The notes under the pieces were generated by a model. That model was given only the letters and a program-made list of their open reading frames with translations. It ran no database searches and was not told the DNA's origin. The position numbers were made by a program, and so were the translations under genes. A stretch of 64,000 nucleotides of DNA from Macrostomum lignano (taxonomy: Eukaryota). This document shows, piece by piece, positions 35,700 to 47,866 of the stretch. The stretch's first letter is position 1; each line of letters begins with the position of its first letter. Location: positions 124,001-188,000 of the forward strand of contig NIVC01001458.1 in NCBI GenBank assembly GCA_002269645.1, written 5' to 3'.

Positions 35700-36965
35700 T
35701 TTTCATTCATTCACAGTTTCTCTCTCCATTCACATTTTCTCTTTCCATTCACAGTTTCTCTATCCATTCACAGTTTCTCTTTCCATTCACAGTTTCTCTA
35801 TCCATTCACAGTTACTCTTTCCATTCACAGTTTCTCTATCCATTCACAGTTTCTCTATCCATTCACAGTTACTCTTTCCATTCACAGTTTCTCTATCCAT
35901 TCACAGTTTCTCTATCCATTCACAGTTACTCTTTCCATTCACAGTTTCTCTATCCATTCACAGTTTCTCTATCCATTCACAGTTTCTCTCTCGGCTCACA
36001 GTTTCTCTTTCCATTCACAGTTTCTCTATCCATTCACAGTTTCTCTTTCCATTCACAGTTTCTCTTTCCATTCACAGTTTCTCTTTCCATTCACAGTTTC
36101 TCTTTCCATTCACAGTTTCTCTCTCCATTCACAGTTTTTCTATTCAGTCACAGTTTCTCTTCCATTCACAGTTTCTCTCTCCATTCACAGTTTTTCTATT
36201 CAGTCACAGTTTCTCTTCCATTCACAGTTTCTCTATCCATTTACAGTTTCTCTCTCCATTCACAGTTTTTCTATTCAGTCACAGTTTCTCTTCCATTCAC
36301 AGTTTCTCTATCCATTTACAGTTTCTCTATCCATTCACAGTTTCTCTTTCCATTCACAGTTTCTCAATCCATTCACAGTTTCTCAATCCATTCACAGTTT
36401 CTCTTTCCATTTACAGTTTCTCTCTCCATTCACAGTTTCTCTATCCATTTACAGTTTCTCTATCCATTCACAGTTTCTCTTTCCATTCACAGTTCCTCTA
36501 TCCATTCACAGTTTCTCTATCCATTCACAGTTTCTCTATCCATTCACAGTTTCTCTATCCATTCACAGTTTCTCTTTCCGTTCACAGTTTCTCTTTCAAT
36601 TCACAGTTTCTCTTTCCATTCACAGTTTCTCTTTCCATTCACAGTTCCTCTCTCCATTCACACAGTCCCCTCCATTCACAGTTCCTCTCTCCATTCACAC
36701 AGACCCCTCCATTCACACAGTCCCCTTCATTCACAGTGTCCCCTCCATTCACACGGTCCCCTCCATTCACACGGTCCCCTCCATTCACACAGTCCCCTCC
36801 ATTCACACAGTCCCCTCCATTCACACAGTCCCCTCCATTCACACAGTCCCCTCCATTCACACAGTCCCCTCCATTCACACAGTCCCCTCCATTCACACAG
36901 TCCCCTCCATTCACAGTGTCCCCTCCATTCACACAGTCCCCTCCATTCACACAGTCCCCTCCATT
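35700..36965. repeat. 19/18-bp minisatellite (tttctctatccattcacag, then tcccctccattcacacag)
   Basis: About 65 tandem units upstream of the TP53I11 start exon. Confidence 0.96.
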
Positions 36966-37187
36966 AACAGTAGTGTCATTTTTACGCGTAGAAATTTAAC
37001 CTTCAATATTCATTCAACCGTCATCAGAAGTTCTGTGCTCATAAGGCAATATGCCTAAAGCTCTAGAGATCGTAATCGAACTTTATTCAAATCTACTTTA
37101 TATCAATTTTTGCAACATCATTTTTCGCTCGACAGAACCCATATTGTCAAGCAAAAATTAAAAAACACCGCAGACTTTCACTAAACG

Positions 37188-40100
37188 ATGGACGAGCCTC
37201 AAGGATCAGTGGCCAGAGAGAGGTGAGTCACCAAAAATGCACACATATACTACTGCGGTGTGCATTCTGACCCGAGCACTCACTGAGCATGTGCACTCGC
37301 TGGGCATGTGCAGTCACTGAGCATGTGCAGTCACTGAGCATGTGCACTCACTGAGCATGTGCACTCACTGAGCATGTGCACTCACTGAGCATGTGCAGTC
37401 ACTGAGCATGTGCACTCACTGAGCATGTGCAGTCACTGAGCATGTGCAGTCACTGAGCATGTGCACTCACTGAGCATGTGCACTCACTGAGCATGTGCAG
37501 TCACTGAGCATGTGCACTCACTGGGCATGTGCAGTCACTGAGCATGTGCACTCGCTGGGCATGTGCAGTCACTGAGCATGTGCACTCACTGAGCATGTGC
37601 AGTCACTGAGCATGTGCACTCACTGAGCATGTGCACTCACTGAGCATGTGCAGTCACTGAGCATGTGCACTCACTGAGCATGTGCAGTCACTGAGCATGT
37701 GCAGTCACTGAGCATGTGCAATCACTGAGCATGTGCAATCACTGAGCATGTGCACACACTAAGCATGTATCAATACACTCACTGAGCATGTGCAGTCACT
37801 GAGCATGTGCAGTCACTGAGCATGTGCACTCACTGAGCATGTGCAATCACTGAGCATGTGCACTCACTGAGCATGTGCAATCACTGAGCATGTATCAATA
37901 CACTCACTGAGCATGTGCAGTCACTGAGCATGTATCAATACACTCACTAAGCATGTGCACACACTGAGCATGTATCAATACACTCACTGAGCATGTGCAG
38001 TCACTGAGCATGTGCAGTCACTGAGCATGTGCACTCACTGAGCATGTGCAATCACTGAGCATGTGCACTCACTGAGCATGTGCAGTCACTGAGCATGTGC
38101 AGTCACTGAGCATGTGCAATCACTGAGCATGTGCAGTCACTGAGCATGTGCACTCACTGAGCATGTATCAATACACTCACTGAGCATGTGCAGTCACTGA
38201 GCATGTGCACTCACTGAGCATGTATCAATACACTCACTGAGCATGTGCAGTCACTGAGCATGTGCACTTGTTATACTCGCGGGCTGCGATCTCGTCTAGC
38301 CCGGTCGTTTTGTTTCCCCGGGGTAGCGGGTTCGGTGCGGGACTGCCCCGGGCGCGCGGCGGAGGGATGGACGGAGGACGAACGACTGGCGCTTCTCGAG
38401 GCGGATGGCCACTCCGAGGGGAAGAGGAAGAGATGCGACCCGGGGCGCACAGGCACTCCTTGGTCACGGAAGGCTCGGGTACTTCCGCGGTCAGCGGAGC
38501 GGATAGCCACTCAGAGCCGGCCCGGGAGTCACCGAGGTGAATGTGGAACGAGGTGAAGGTGAAGGATTGGCCGGGGCGTACAGACACTCCAGACCAATCA
38601 AGAGATACGAGGTGATGGATTAGCTGGGGCGTACAGACACTCCAAGCCAATCGAAGAGTGCAGGTGAGCAAGGGGGTGAGTAGGTGAAGCGATGAGGCGG
38701 CGAGGATGGAGGGAAGACACGTGCAGAGAGCCCCAAAAAACGCGAACGCAACCCGAATAAACGTAATTTAAGCTCACCGGGCGGGGTCAAATCGACTCAT
38801 GCAACGCAGTTTATTTGGCCGTAGTAACTGTTCTGGCAGCTCGGAGACGGCGGGTGGCACGGATTAGCTTGCTACGAAGTGTTCCGATAGTTTGCAGGGC
38901 TCGTGCAGTTTTGTACTTTTATGATAGTTTTCTTACTCAGTTGCTGGTGTAGCTCTAACCGCAAAAACCAAGCCGCGTGCCACCGGCCGGCTCCAAGCCA
39001 GCTAATAAATAGTATGCCAAAAAATGGGGGAGTGGGCCAAACCGGCCTGAGCGCAAATACTCACACAACAGACCCCGCGAGCACCCCACCCTAGCCCAGC
39101 CAATCAAAACACGCGCTGGGTAAGGCTTTACGCACGAGGGGGGGGGGTTAGAAAAGCGAGGGTCTGCCGGCCCAGCCAGCCAATCAGACCACACGCCGGC
39201 TGCCTAAAACCAAAGCCGGCTGAACCAACTCAAACCAGCTAGGCCGGCAGACCGGGCGGTTCGCATGCACCAAAAAAAAAACATGTTGATGAGAAGGTCA
39301 TTGTGGCGCAGGCCACAACACACTCACTGAGCATGTGCACTCACTGAGCATGTGCAGTCACTGAGCATGTGCAGTCACTGAGCATGTGCAGTCACTGAGC
39401 ATGTGCAATCACTGAGCATGTGCAATCACTGAGCATGTGCACTCAAACCCAACCGCAGGAAGCAGAGCAGCGGGGATCTAGTCAGCCGACTCAAAACCCG
39501 GAAACTACTCGGTGTGGGCGAGACAGACGACGGAGACGTTCACCGGTCGAAGCTGAGCCAGATCCTCGGTCACAGCGACCAGCTGCACAGCCGGCTGCCG
39601 AATGGGACCAAGGAATGGCAGCTGGTCACCGCCGCGCTGTACACATGCGTTGGACTCGCCGTAAGATCAACATGCATTTTTCGGTTTTGTAAGAATTACT
39701 TTTTTACAAACAATTGCATTTTTCAGACAGTTCTAAAGCCGGAATTGATGTACGCCTGTCCCAGGCAGCAGTTGGCGATGAGGCTGTACGGCTGCTGTTT
39801 GACCAGTTGAGTAGCTTTGAGTCCTAATGATTGCGTGTGTGGCTGTTTAAATATGCGTGTACTAACGAAATCCTCTTTCATACTGCCTGACTGCCTTTTT
39901 AGGCATTTCTGCTGGGTACTGGATGGCTTGGAGGTCGCTGGACCGAGAAGTGGCTCAGTTCTCCCTGCTGTGCGCCCTGGGGCACTGCGGCTTGCAGATC
40001 CTCGGTAACTGGCTGACTGACTGACTGACTGACTGACTGACTGACTGACTGACTGACTGACTGACTGACTGACTGACTGACTGACTGACTGACTGACTGA

Positions 40101-41293
40101 CTGACTGACTGACTGACTAACTGACTGGCTGACTGACTGACTGACTGACTGACTGACTGACTGACTGACTGACTGACTGACTGACTGACTGACTGACTGA
40201 CTGACTGACTGACTGACTGACTGACTGACTGACTGACTGACTGACTGACTGACTGACTGACTGACTGACTGACTGACTGACTGACTGACTGACTGACTGA
40301 CTGACTGACTGACTGACTGACTGACTGACTGACTGACTGACTGACTGACTGACTGACTGACTGACTGACTGACTGACTGACTGACTGACTGACTGACTGA
40401 CTGACTGACTGACTGACTGACTGACTGACTGACTGACTGACTGACTGACTGACTGACTGACTGACTGACTGACTGACTGACTGACTGACTGACTGACTGA
40501 CTGACTGACTGACTGACTGACTGACTGACTGACTGACTGACTGACTGACTGACTGACTGACTGACTGACTGACTGACTGACTGACTGACTGACTGACTGA
40601 CTGACTGACTGGCTGACTGGCTGGCTGACTGACTGACTGACTGACTGACTGACTGACTGACTGACTGACTGACTGGCTGGCTGACTGACTGACTGACTGA
40701 CTGACTGACTGACTGACTGACTGACTGACTGACTGACTGACTGACTGACTGACTGACTGACTGACTGACTGACTGACTGACTGACTGACTGACTGACTGA
40801 CTGACTGACTGGCTGACTCGCTCACTCACTCACTCACTCACTCACTCACTCACTCACTCACTCACTCACTCACTCACTCACTCACTCACTCACTCACTCA
40901 CTCACTCACTCGCTGACTCGCTCACTCACTCACTCACTCGCTCACTCACTCACTCACTCGCTCACTCACTCGCTCACTCACACACTCACTCACTCACTCA
41001 CTCACTCACTCACTCACTCACTCACTCGCTCACTCACTCACTCACCCGCAGTAGCCGCTGCTGCCTTGTTGTTCAGCGAGCCTGCAATCTTGCCTCAGTC
41101 GATGTGCCACCGCTGGCCGCTGCTGCTGTGGCTGTTGGCGCAGCCGGCAGTCCTGCTGTCGGGCATGTGGATGCTGCGTGCCATGCTGCGCAGTCGCCGC
41201 AGGTTCAGCAAGCCGCTGGTGACCAACAGCAGCTGCAGCCCGGCCCACCAGTGCCATTCTGAGCAGCCGTCGCCTGAGCAGCAGCTTCGTTAA
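37188..41293 (+). CDS. TP53I11: Tumour protein p53-inducible protein 11 orthologue, 219 aa, 5 coding exons
   Basis: Exons 37188-37222, 39459-39660, 39727-39805, 39903-40004, 41052-41293 (sum 660 nt). [38 protein letters not shown] and MRLYGCCLTSIS match human TP53I11 ([44 protein letters not shown]). A possible 5' UTR donor GTAAGT lies at 32743 and an acceptor at 37172-37173. Confidence 0.9.
37278..39442. repeat. 17-bp minisatellite (cactgagcatgtgcagt), 37278-38268 and 39321-39442, split by a solo LTR
   Basis: About 60 copies in TP53I11 intron 1, with a 23-bp variant containing gcatgtatcaata. Confidence 0.96.
38269..39320. mobile_element. Solo LTR (1052 bp)
   Basis: Termini TGTT...AACA, 4-bp TSD CACT (38265-38268 and 39321-39324). 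Inserted into the 17-bp array; several CCAAT boxes; no ORF of note. Confidence 0.8.
40010..41045. repeat. (GACT)n followed by (CACT)n compound microsatellite
   Basis: Fills TP53I11 intron 4. Confidence 0.98.
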
Positions 41294-42414
41294 AAAAGGG
41301 AAAAAAACGAAGAAAACGTTGTTGCAATTTTACTACTCTAAAAAGCCTTTTACACTACTGATAGTAGAAAACTTTGATTATAAATGACACAATCATTTTA
41401 ATATGTATAAAATCTACATTTATACAATCAATGTGAGTTTTTTATCCCCATGTCAGTGCTGCATGCTCAGCAGCAGATAATCCCATCCCTGACTCCTGAA
41501 GTTGAGCCATTGTAACGATGTAACGATGTAGAAAATCACCAGAATTCAGAAAATATTTGGGACTTGCGTGTTGCCCTGTGGGTTGTCATTGTCATGAGAT
41601 TCACAGCCATGAGGTCCAGCCACCAAGGCACACAGAGTGTACATGCCTGATGATTGGAAAGTCAGGGCTGCTGTACACCCTGCGTGAGCGTGTGTATGGT
41701 TTTTCATTCTCAGTAGTCTCATACACAGTGCGTCATAAATTATATCGATACAATTTATCTGTCACGAACTCATCATGCATACTCGTAGTTGGAGCTGTTC
41801 ATTTCGGTTTTCAAAAATGATTTGTCAGATTTTAAATCGCGATAACCGATCAATGAAGTAGCGGAGCGCTGGCTCACTTAGCAATTCATTGGACTCCATG
41901 AGGGGCTCTGCATGTCACACAAATGACCTGAGAATTACCAGCAGCTTTCCTCTGCAGTGATTGCAATTAACATCAGCCCGATATGCTGGTTGGTCTCTCA
42001 AGTTTGTCTGAAGCTAGAGTGAAATTTCTGTGGCAGTGGGAGGAGTTCGCCAGGAGGATCTGATGATTGCGCGCATGTCCTGACAGCTTCTTGGAATCCC
42101 CTATCCCACATTTCCTACAACCAGTACCCTTATTCTATCTACCAAGACCAACGTTTGTGAGGCACTTGAGCATCTGTTCTCAAGTGCTTCGGTGGAATTC
42201 GCGTGTTTGAAAAGGGTGCCAAGGTTGTTATATAATTATAAGGCAGCTCCAGTTCCTGGTTTTAGCTCAGTAGTCATAAACAGTTGTCATTGTCCAAAGG
42301 AATTCGATAATTGTTTAAGAGGGGAAATCAAAGCGTATGAAAATAAACTTCGAACAAAAATGTGGGACAGACCAATTTTCGTTGAATCCGTGAGATGAAG
42401 AAGCTTTGAGCTTT

Positions 42415-43193
42415 GCCATCATAAACCCGAAGTATCACAATCCCGAAATATCATAATCCCGAAAACCAAAATAGTGTTGGATATTGCTAGAACTTTCCGA
42501 GTTGTGATATTTCGGGTTTATTATACTTCGAGTTCTGATATTTCGGGTTTGTGATATTTCGGGTTTGTGATATTTCGGGTTTGTGATGTTTCGGGTTTGT
42601 GATATTTCGGGTTTGTGATGTTTCGGGTTTGTGATGTTTCGGGTTTGTGATATTTCGGGTTTGTGATGTTTCGGGTTTGTGAAATTTCGGGTTTGTGATG
42701 TTTCGGGTTTGTGATGTTTCGGGTTTGTGATGTTTCGGGTTTGTGATGTTTCGGGTTTGTGATGTTTCGGGTTTGTGATGTTTCGGGTTTGTGATATTTC
42801 GGGTTTGTGATGTTTCGGGTTTATGATATTTCGGATTTTTATGATACTTCGAGTTATGATATTTCGGGTTTGTGATATTTCGGGTTTGTGATATTTCGGG
42901 TTTGTGATATTTCGGGTTTGTGATATTTCGGGTTTGTGATGTTTCGGGTTTATGATATTTGGGGTTTATGATATTTCGGGCTTCTGATATTTCGGGCTTG
43001 TGATATTTCGGGTTTGTGATATTTCGGGTTTATAATGGAATGAGCTTTTCTGACTTGTGATATTTCGGGTTTGTGATATTTCGGGTTTATAATGGAATGA
43101 GCTTTTCTGACTTGTGATTTTTCGGGTTTGTGATATTTCGGGTTTATAATGGAATGAGCTTTTCTGACTTGTGATTTTTCGGGTTTAGGATGC
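42415..43193. repeat. 16-bp array (gatatttcgggtttgt) with inverted copies at the left end; foldback/MULE-like non-autonomous element candidate
   Basis: cccgaa units at 42421-42465 are inverted relative to the ttcggg units at 42500-43190; imperfect terminal inverted match; no TSD found. Confidence 0.6.
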
Positions 43194-44499
43194 CCCATAA
43201 AACAGACAAATCCTTCCCTCTAAAATTTCAAATAATTTTCTTTATTTTGTGTTTTTTATCAAAGTTTTTTGAAGTATTTTCAAAAGTTGTGACCAAATGT
43301 CCTGTGTGCGACTCTCCCTTGCCCATGCACATGGCGCACGTGTCTGTGAAAATGCTCCACTTGAATAAAACACACGAGTTAGTCAGTAGACCGCTATACA
43401 AACTCATTCATGAGAACAGCACAGAAATCAAGATAAGAAGGCACTGCTCCTTCCTGCACTGCTTCATGCTTTGTCTGCGGAACCACTTGAGTTGAAAATG
43501 ATTTCTTTTGAAGTAGAAAAAACAGATTAAGCTTGTGTAGCTACCGTTTGATAAAGATTGCAGATTCCTCCATCCGTTCATCTTGCGCCCCCCTAGCAAC
43601 CAAGATCAGTTATCGATAAGCGGCTCCTTTCTGTGTTTTCATTGTAATTTTTTTTTATTGTTGAAAATTTATAACTTTTGGTCAGACTAATTTTAATGCA
43701 GGCATCATCGAGTGCATCGGTTGCACTCCCCCCAAAGTAAATAAATTTGCTCCGTCAGGTGAGACAACAAAGGTTGCTGCTGATATTCCATTAATAATGG
43801 GGCCTAATTGATTATAAATTGGATTGTTTGCTAAAACCACTTGTACCCCCGGTATTTCTGGTGACGCCAATTTAAGATATGCGATGATTTTCGAACTGGC
43901 GGGTGCATTAATTCCATTCTGGAAACTGGGCCGAACTGAAAAGGCAGCGGCTTCGCAACCAAAACCTTTAATAGCCTGCAGCTTGCTAATTGCTTTCAAG
44001 TTTCGGCTGGCGCAGGCAGCAAAAAAATCCCCAATCAAAATCTTCCCCGAATGGAAAATTCTGCCAATCAATTTCCGCTGCCGGTGCACAAATTAATCAA
44101 GGCAATTGCCTAATGATTGCTCCAACCTTGATGGACACCATACAGTCCGCCAAGCAGGGTAACAGTTGTAATAATCCCCCCATTCAGCTTCTTGCTGAAT
44201 TTTATCAACATCTTGATCAAGCTAGGTATACAGCGGTATAAAAGCTCAGCCGAAATATCCTGGCATTGGGGAGGGGGATTTAATAAGGGATTTTGTTTGC
44301 AGAGATGACCTGTCAGGTATTTCATCTAGCAGGCCAACACAATCGGATGCCTGGGTGTGTAGCTGCGCAGCCTGCAGTCTGTCAGTCATTTATTTCAGAG
44401 AGCAAATGAGGCGCAAAAATTACTGCATGGTTGACTGTGCGTGTGGTCCCGGGCCAGCGCCAGTTACAGTGGCTGTGCTAATAGTGATCGGTGCATCAG

Positions 44500-46335
44500 T
44501 TTGATAGGAGATAAGAGAGGAGAAATTAAAGAGATGGGAGATAGGAGAGGAGAGGAAGGAGAGAGGTGAGAGGAGATGAGAGAGGGAGAGGAGATATGAG
44601 AGGTGGGAGGAGATGAGAGAGGGTGAGAGGAGATGAGAGAGGTGAGAGGAAATAAGAGAGGGTGAGAGGAGATGAGAGAGGTGAGAGGAGATGAGAGAGG
44701 GTGAGAGGAGATGAGAGAGGGTGAGAGGAGATGAGAGAGGTGAGAGGAGATGAGAGAGGTGAGAGGAAATAAGAGAGGTGAGAGGAGATGAGAGAGGTGA
44801 GAGGAGATGAGAGAGGTGAGAGGAGATGAGAGAGGTGAGAGGAGATGAGAGAGGTGAGAGGAGATGAGAGAGGTGAGAGGAGATGAGAGAAGTGAGAGCA
44901 AATAAGAAAGGGTGAGAGAAGAGATAAAAGAGGGTGAGAGGAGATAAGAGAGGGTGAGAGGAGATGAGAGAGGTGAGAGGAAATAAGAGAGGGTGAGAGG
45001 AGATGAGAGAGGTGAGAGGAAATAAGAGAGGGTGAGAGGAGATGAGAGAGGTGAGAGGAAATAAGAGAGGGTGAGAGGAGATGAGAGAGGTGAGAGGAAA
45101 TAAGAGAGGGTGAGAGGAGATGAGAGAGGTGAGAGGAGATGAGAGAGGGTGAGAGGAGATGAGAGAGGGTGAGAGGAGATGAGAGAGGTGAGAGGAGATG
45201 AGAGAGGTGAGAGGAGATGAGAGAGGTGAGAGGAGATGAGAGAGGTGAGAGGAGATGAGAGAGGTGAGAAGAGATGAGAGAGGTGAGAGGAGAAGAGAGA
45301 GGGTGAGAGGAGATGAGGGAGGTGAGAGGAGATAGAAGAGAGGTGAGAGGAGATGAGAGAAGTGAGAGCAAATAAGAAAGGGTGAGAGAAGAGATAAAAG
45401 AGGGTGAGAGGAGATAAGAGAGGGTGAGAGGAGATGAGAGAGGTGAGAGGAAATAAGAGAGGTGAGAGGAGATGAGAGAGGTGAGAGGAGATGAGAGAGG
45501 TGAGAGGAGATGAGAGAGGTGAGAGGAGATGAGAGAGGTGAGAGGAAATAAGAGAGGGTGAGAGGAGATGAGAGAGGTGAGAGGAAATAAGAGAGGGTGA
45601 GAGGAGATGAGAGAGGTGAGAGGAAATAAGAGAGGGTGAGAGGAGATGAGAGAGGTGAGAGGAAATAAGAGAGGGTGAGAGGAGATGAGAGAGGGTGAGA
45701 GGAGATGAGAGAGGTGAGAGGAGATGAGAGAGGGTGAGAGGAGATGAGAGAGGGTGAGAGGAGATGAGAGAGGTGAGAGGAGATGAGAGAGGTGAGAGGA
45801 GATGAGAGAGGTGAGAGGAGATGAGAGAGGTGAGAGGAAATAAGAGAGGTGAGAGGAGATGAGAGAGGTGAGAGGAGATGAGAGAGGTGAGAGGAGATAA
45901 GAGAGGTGAGAGGAGATGAGAGAGGTGAGAGGAAATAAGAGAGGGTGAGAGGAGATGAGAGAGGTGAGAGGAAATAAGAGAGGGTGAGAGGAGATGAGAG
46001 AGGTGAGAGGAAATAAGAGAGGGTGAGAGGAGATGAGAGAGGTGAGAGGAGATGAGAGAGGGTGAGAGGAGATGAGAGAGGGTGAGAGGAGATGAGAGAG
46101 GTGAGAGGAGATGAGAGAGGTGAGAGGAGATGAGAGAGGTGAGAGGAGATGAGAGAGGTGAGAGGAAATAAGAGAGGTGAGAGGAGATGAGAGAGGTGAG
46201 AGGAGATGAGAGAGGTGAGAGGAGATGAGAGAGGTGAGAGGAGATGAGAGAGGTGAGAGGAGATGAGAGAGGTGAGAGGAGATGAGAGAGGTGAGAGGAG
46301 ATGAGAGAAGTGAGAGGAGATGAGAGAGGTGAGAA
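44500..46335. repeat. 19-bp GA-rich minisatellite (gagaggagatgagagaggt)
   Basis: About 1.8-kb tandem array. Confidence 0.97.
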
Positions 46336-47519
46336 GCAGTTCAGACAGGCCACTCAGCCGATTCCGACCCGAGCAGATGGGACAGTCAAGGCCGGCAGGT
46401 CCCTATAGAGCTGGTCACGGACGCAGGCAGGTAGAAATCAGTGTCTGCACGACGAGCCAAACGATTGAACCGGTTGCGCAAACTCCCTTTTGCGCCCCCC
46501 CGCCTCAAAGCGCGCGTGTGAAGCTGCAACCCCCTTCCAACAGTAGCTGCCTGCAGTCTAACCCTGAGAAATCCCAATTAGGTATTAAGCAATTATTACA
46601 AGGAAATTAGAATTGCACAACAAAATGCTTAATGAAGCTTGCAAAGCTAAAGGCTAATGATATGGCCCTGTCTTCACCCATGCAGCATCAACATGTTTAT
46701 TTTTATTGCAATACTGGGGTTGCCCCCCCCCGCTGAGTGGGCTGGCGGCTCTAAATTAAGGGATAAATCCATTCTAATATGGTGTAATAGCACAATGATG
46801 ATGGCCACATGTGCAACAAACAGTGAGCAAATGACAGTTCAAAATGCTAGCTTTCGCCTATTATAGGAAATAAACTGATTAAAAACGGACGGGTCTGTAG
46901 CAGATATAATTATAACATTTCTTCGCTAAATCAGCTGGGATCTTTCACCGACACTGCATGGATAGGAGCGATTTGAGGGAAATCTTGGCCTAAAACTTTA
47001 TCTAGCATAGAAGTTTTGCCACCTCATAGTCCAGTTTCAATTAACGGTTGGGGATAATTATCCCCAAAAATATCCCAACACCCAAATATAGATTTGCCTT
47101 GTTCGTCACCTGCGCGAAAAAGCTGTTTCATGGAATTCCCCATGCAGACGTAAAGCCAAGGCATATGTCTCTGGATTAATTCTCTTCCTCAAACGATTAA
47201 GTTGATAAGCTTTTCTGAGAAACAACGATTAGGCACGCACTGCTCTGGTGGGTTATGAAAGCAGCTGGCGGAGTGCCTCAGACTATAGGGAACAGGACAG
47301 ACTCAGATTACCCTAAATTATGGGGCGGAGGCGCACGAACTCAGGCCCAGACTCATCTGCTGGAACAGAGCCCCAGCAACAACCGTCATGACCTCCCAGA
47401 AGGTCGATCGTAAAAACGTTTAATCATAATTTTCACAATTTGTCAACAAAAAGGTTGATAAAAACACGAATTTTCAAGCTTGATTGGCGCTGAAAATTCT
47501 TGCCTCTGAGATGAAGTTT

Positions 47520-47866
47520 AAGTCTGATAAAGTTTAGGTCTGATAAAGTTTAGGTCTGATAAAGTTTAGGTCTGATAAAGTTTAGGTCTGATATAGTTTA
47601 GGTCTGATAAAGTTTAGATCTAATAAAGTTTAGATCTGATAAAGTTTAGATCTGATAAAGTTTAGATCTGATAAAGTTTAGGTCTGATAAAGTTTAGGTC
47701 TGATAAAGTTTAGATCTGATAAAGTTTAGGTCTGATAAAGTTTAGGTCTGATAAAGTTTAGATCTGATAAAGTTTAGATCTGATAAAGTTTAGATCTGAT
47801 AAAGTTTAGATCTGATAAAGTTTAGGTCTGATAAAGTTTAGGTCTGATAAAGTTTAGGTCTGATAA
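47520..47866. repeat. 16-bp minisatellite (ctgataaagtttaggt/agat)
   Basis: About 21 copies. Confidence 0.96.

Noticed and set aside
42158-42189. 12-bp hairpin gaggcacttgag-catctgtt-ctcaagtgcttc; also the 18-bp palindrome atgtacttcgaagtacat near 30791 and a bantam-like tgagatcat near 50723
   Set aside because: Too short for pre-miRNA stems and no full match to a conserved mature miRNA
43682-44089. 135-aa ORF upstream of Vsx (also short ORFs at 41557-41820, 56432-57031, 61517-61789)
   Set aside because: No family similarity, atypical codon usage for this genome, TAAT-rich non-coding character
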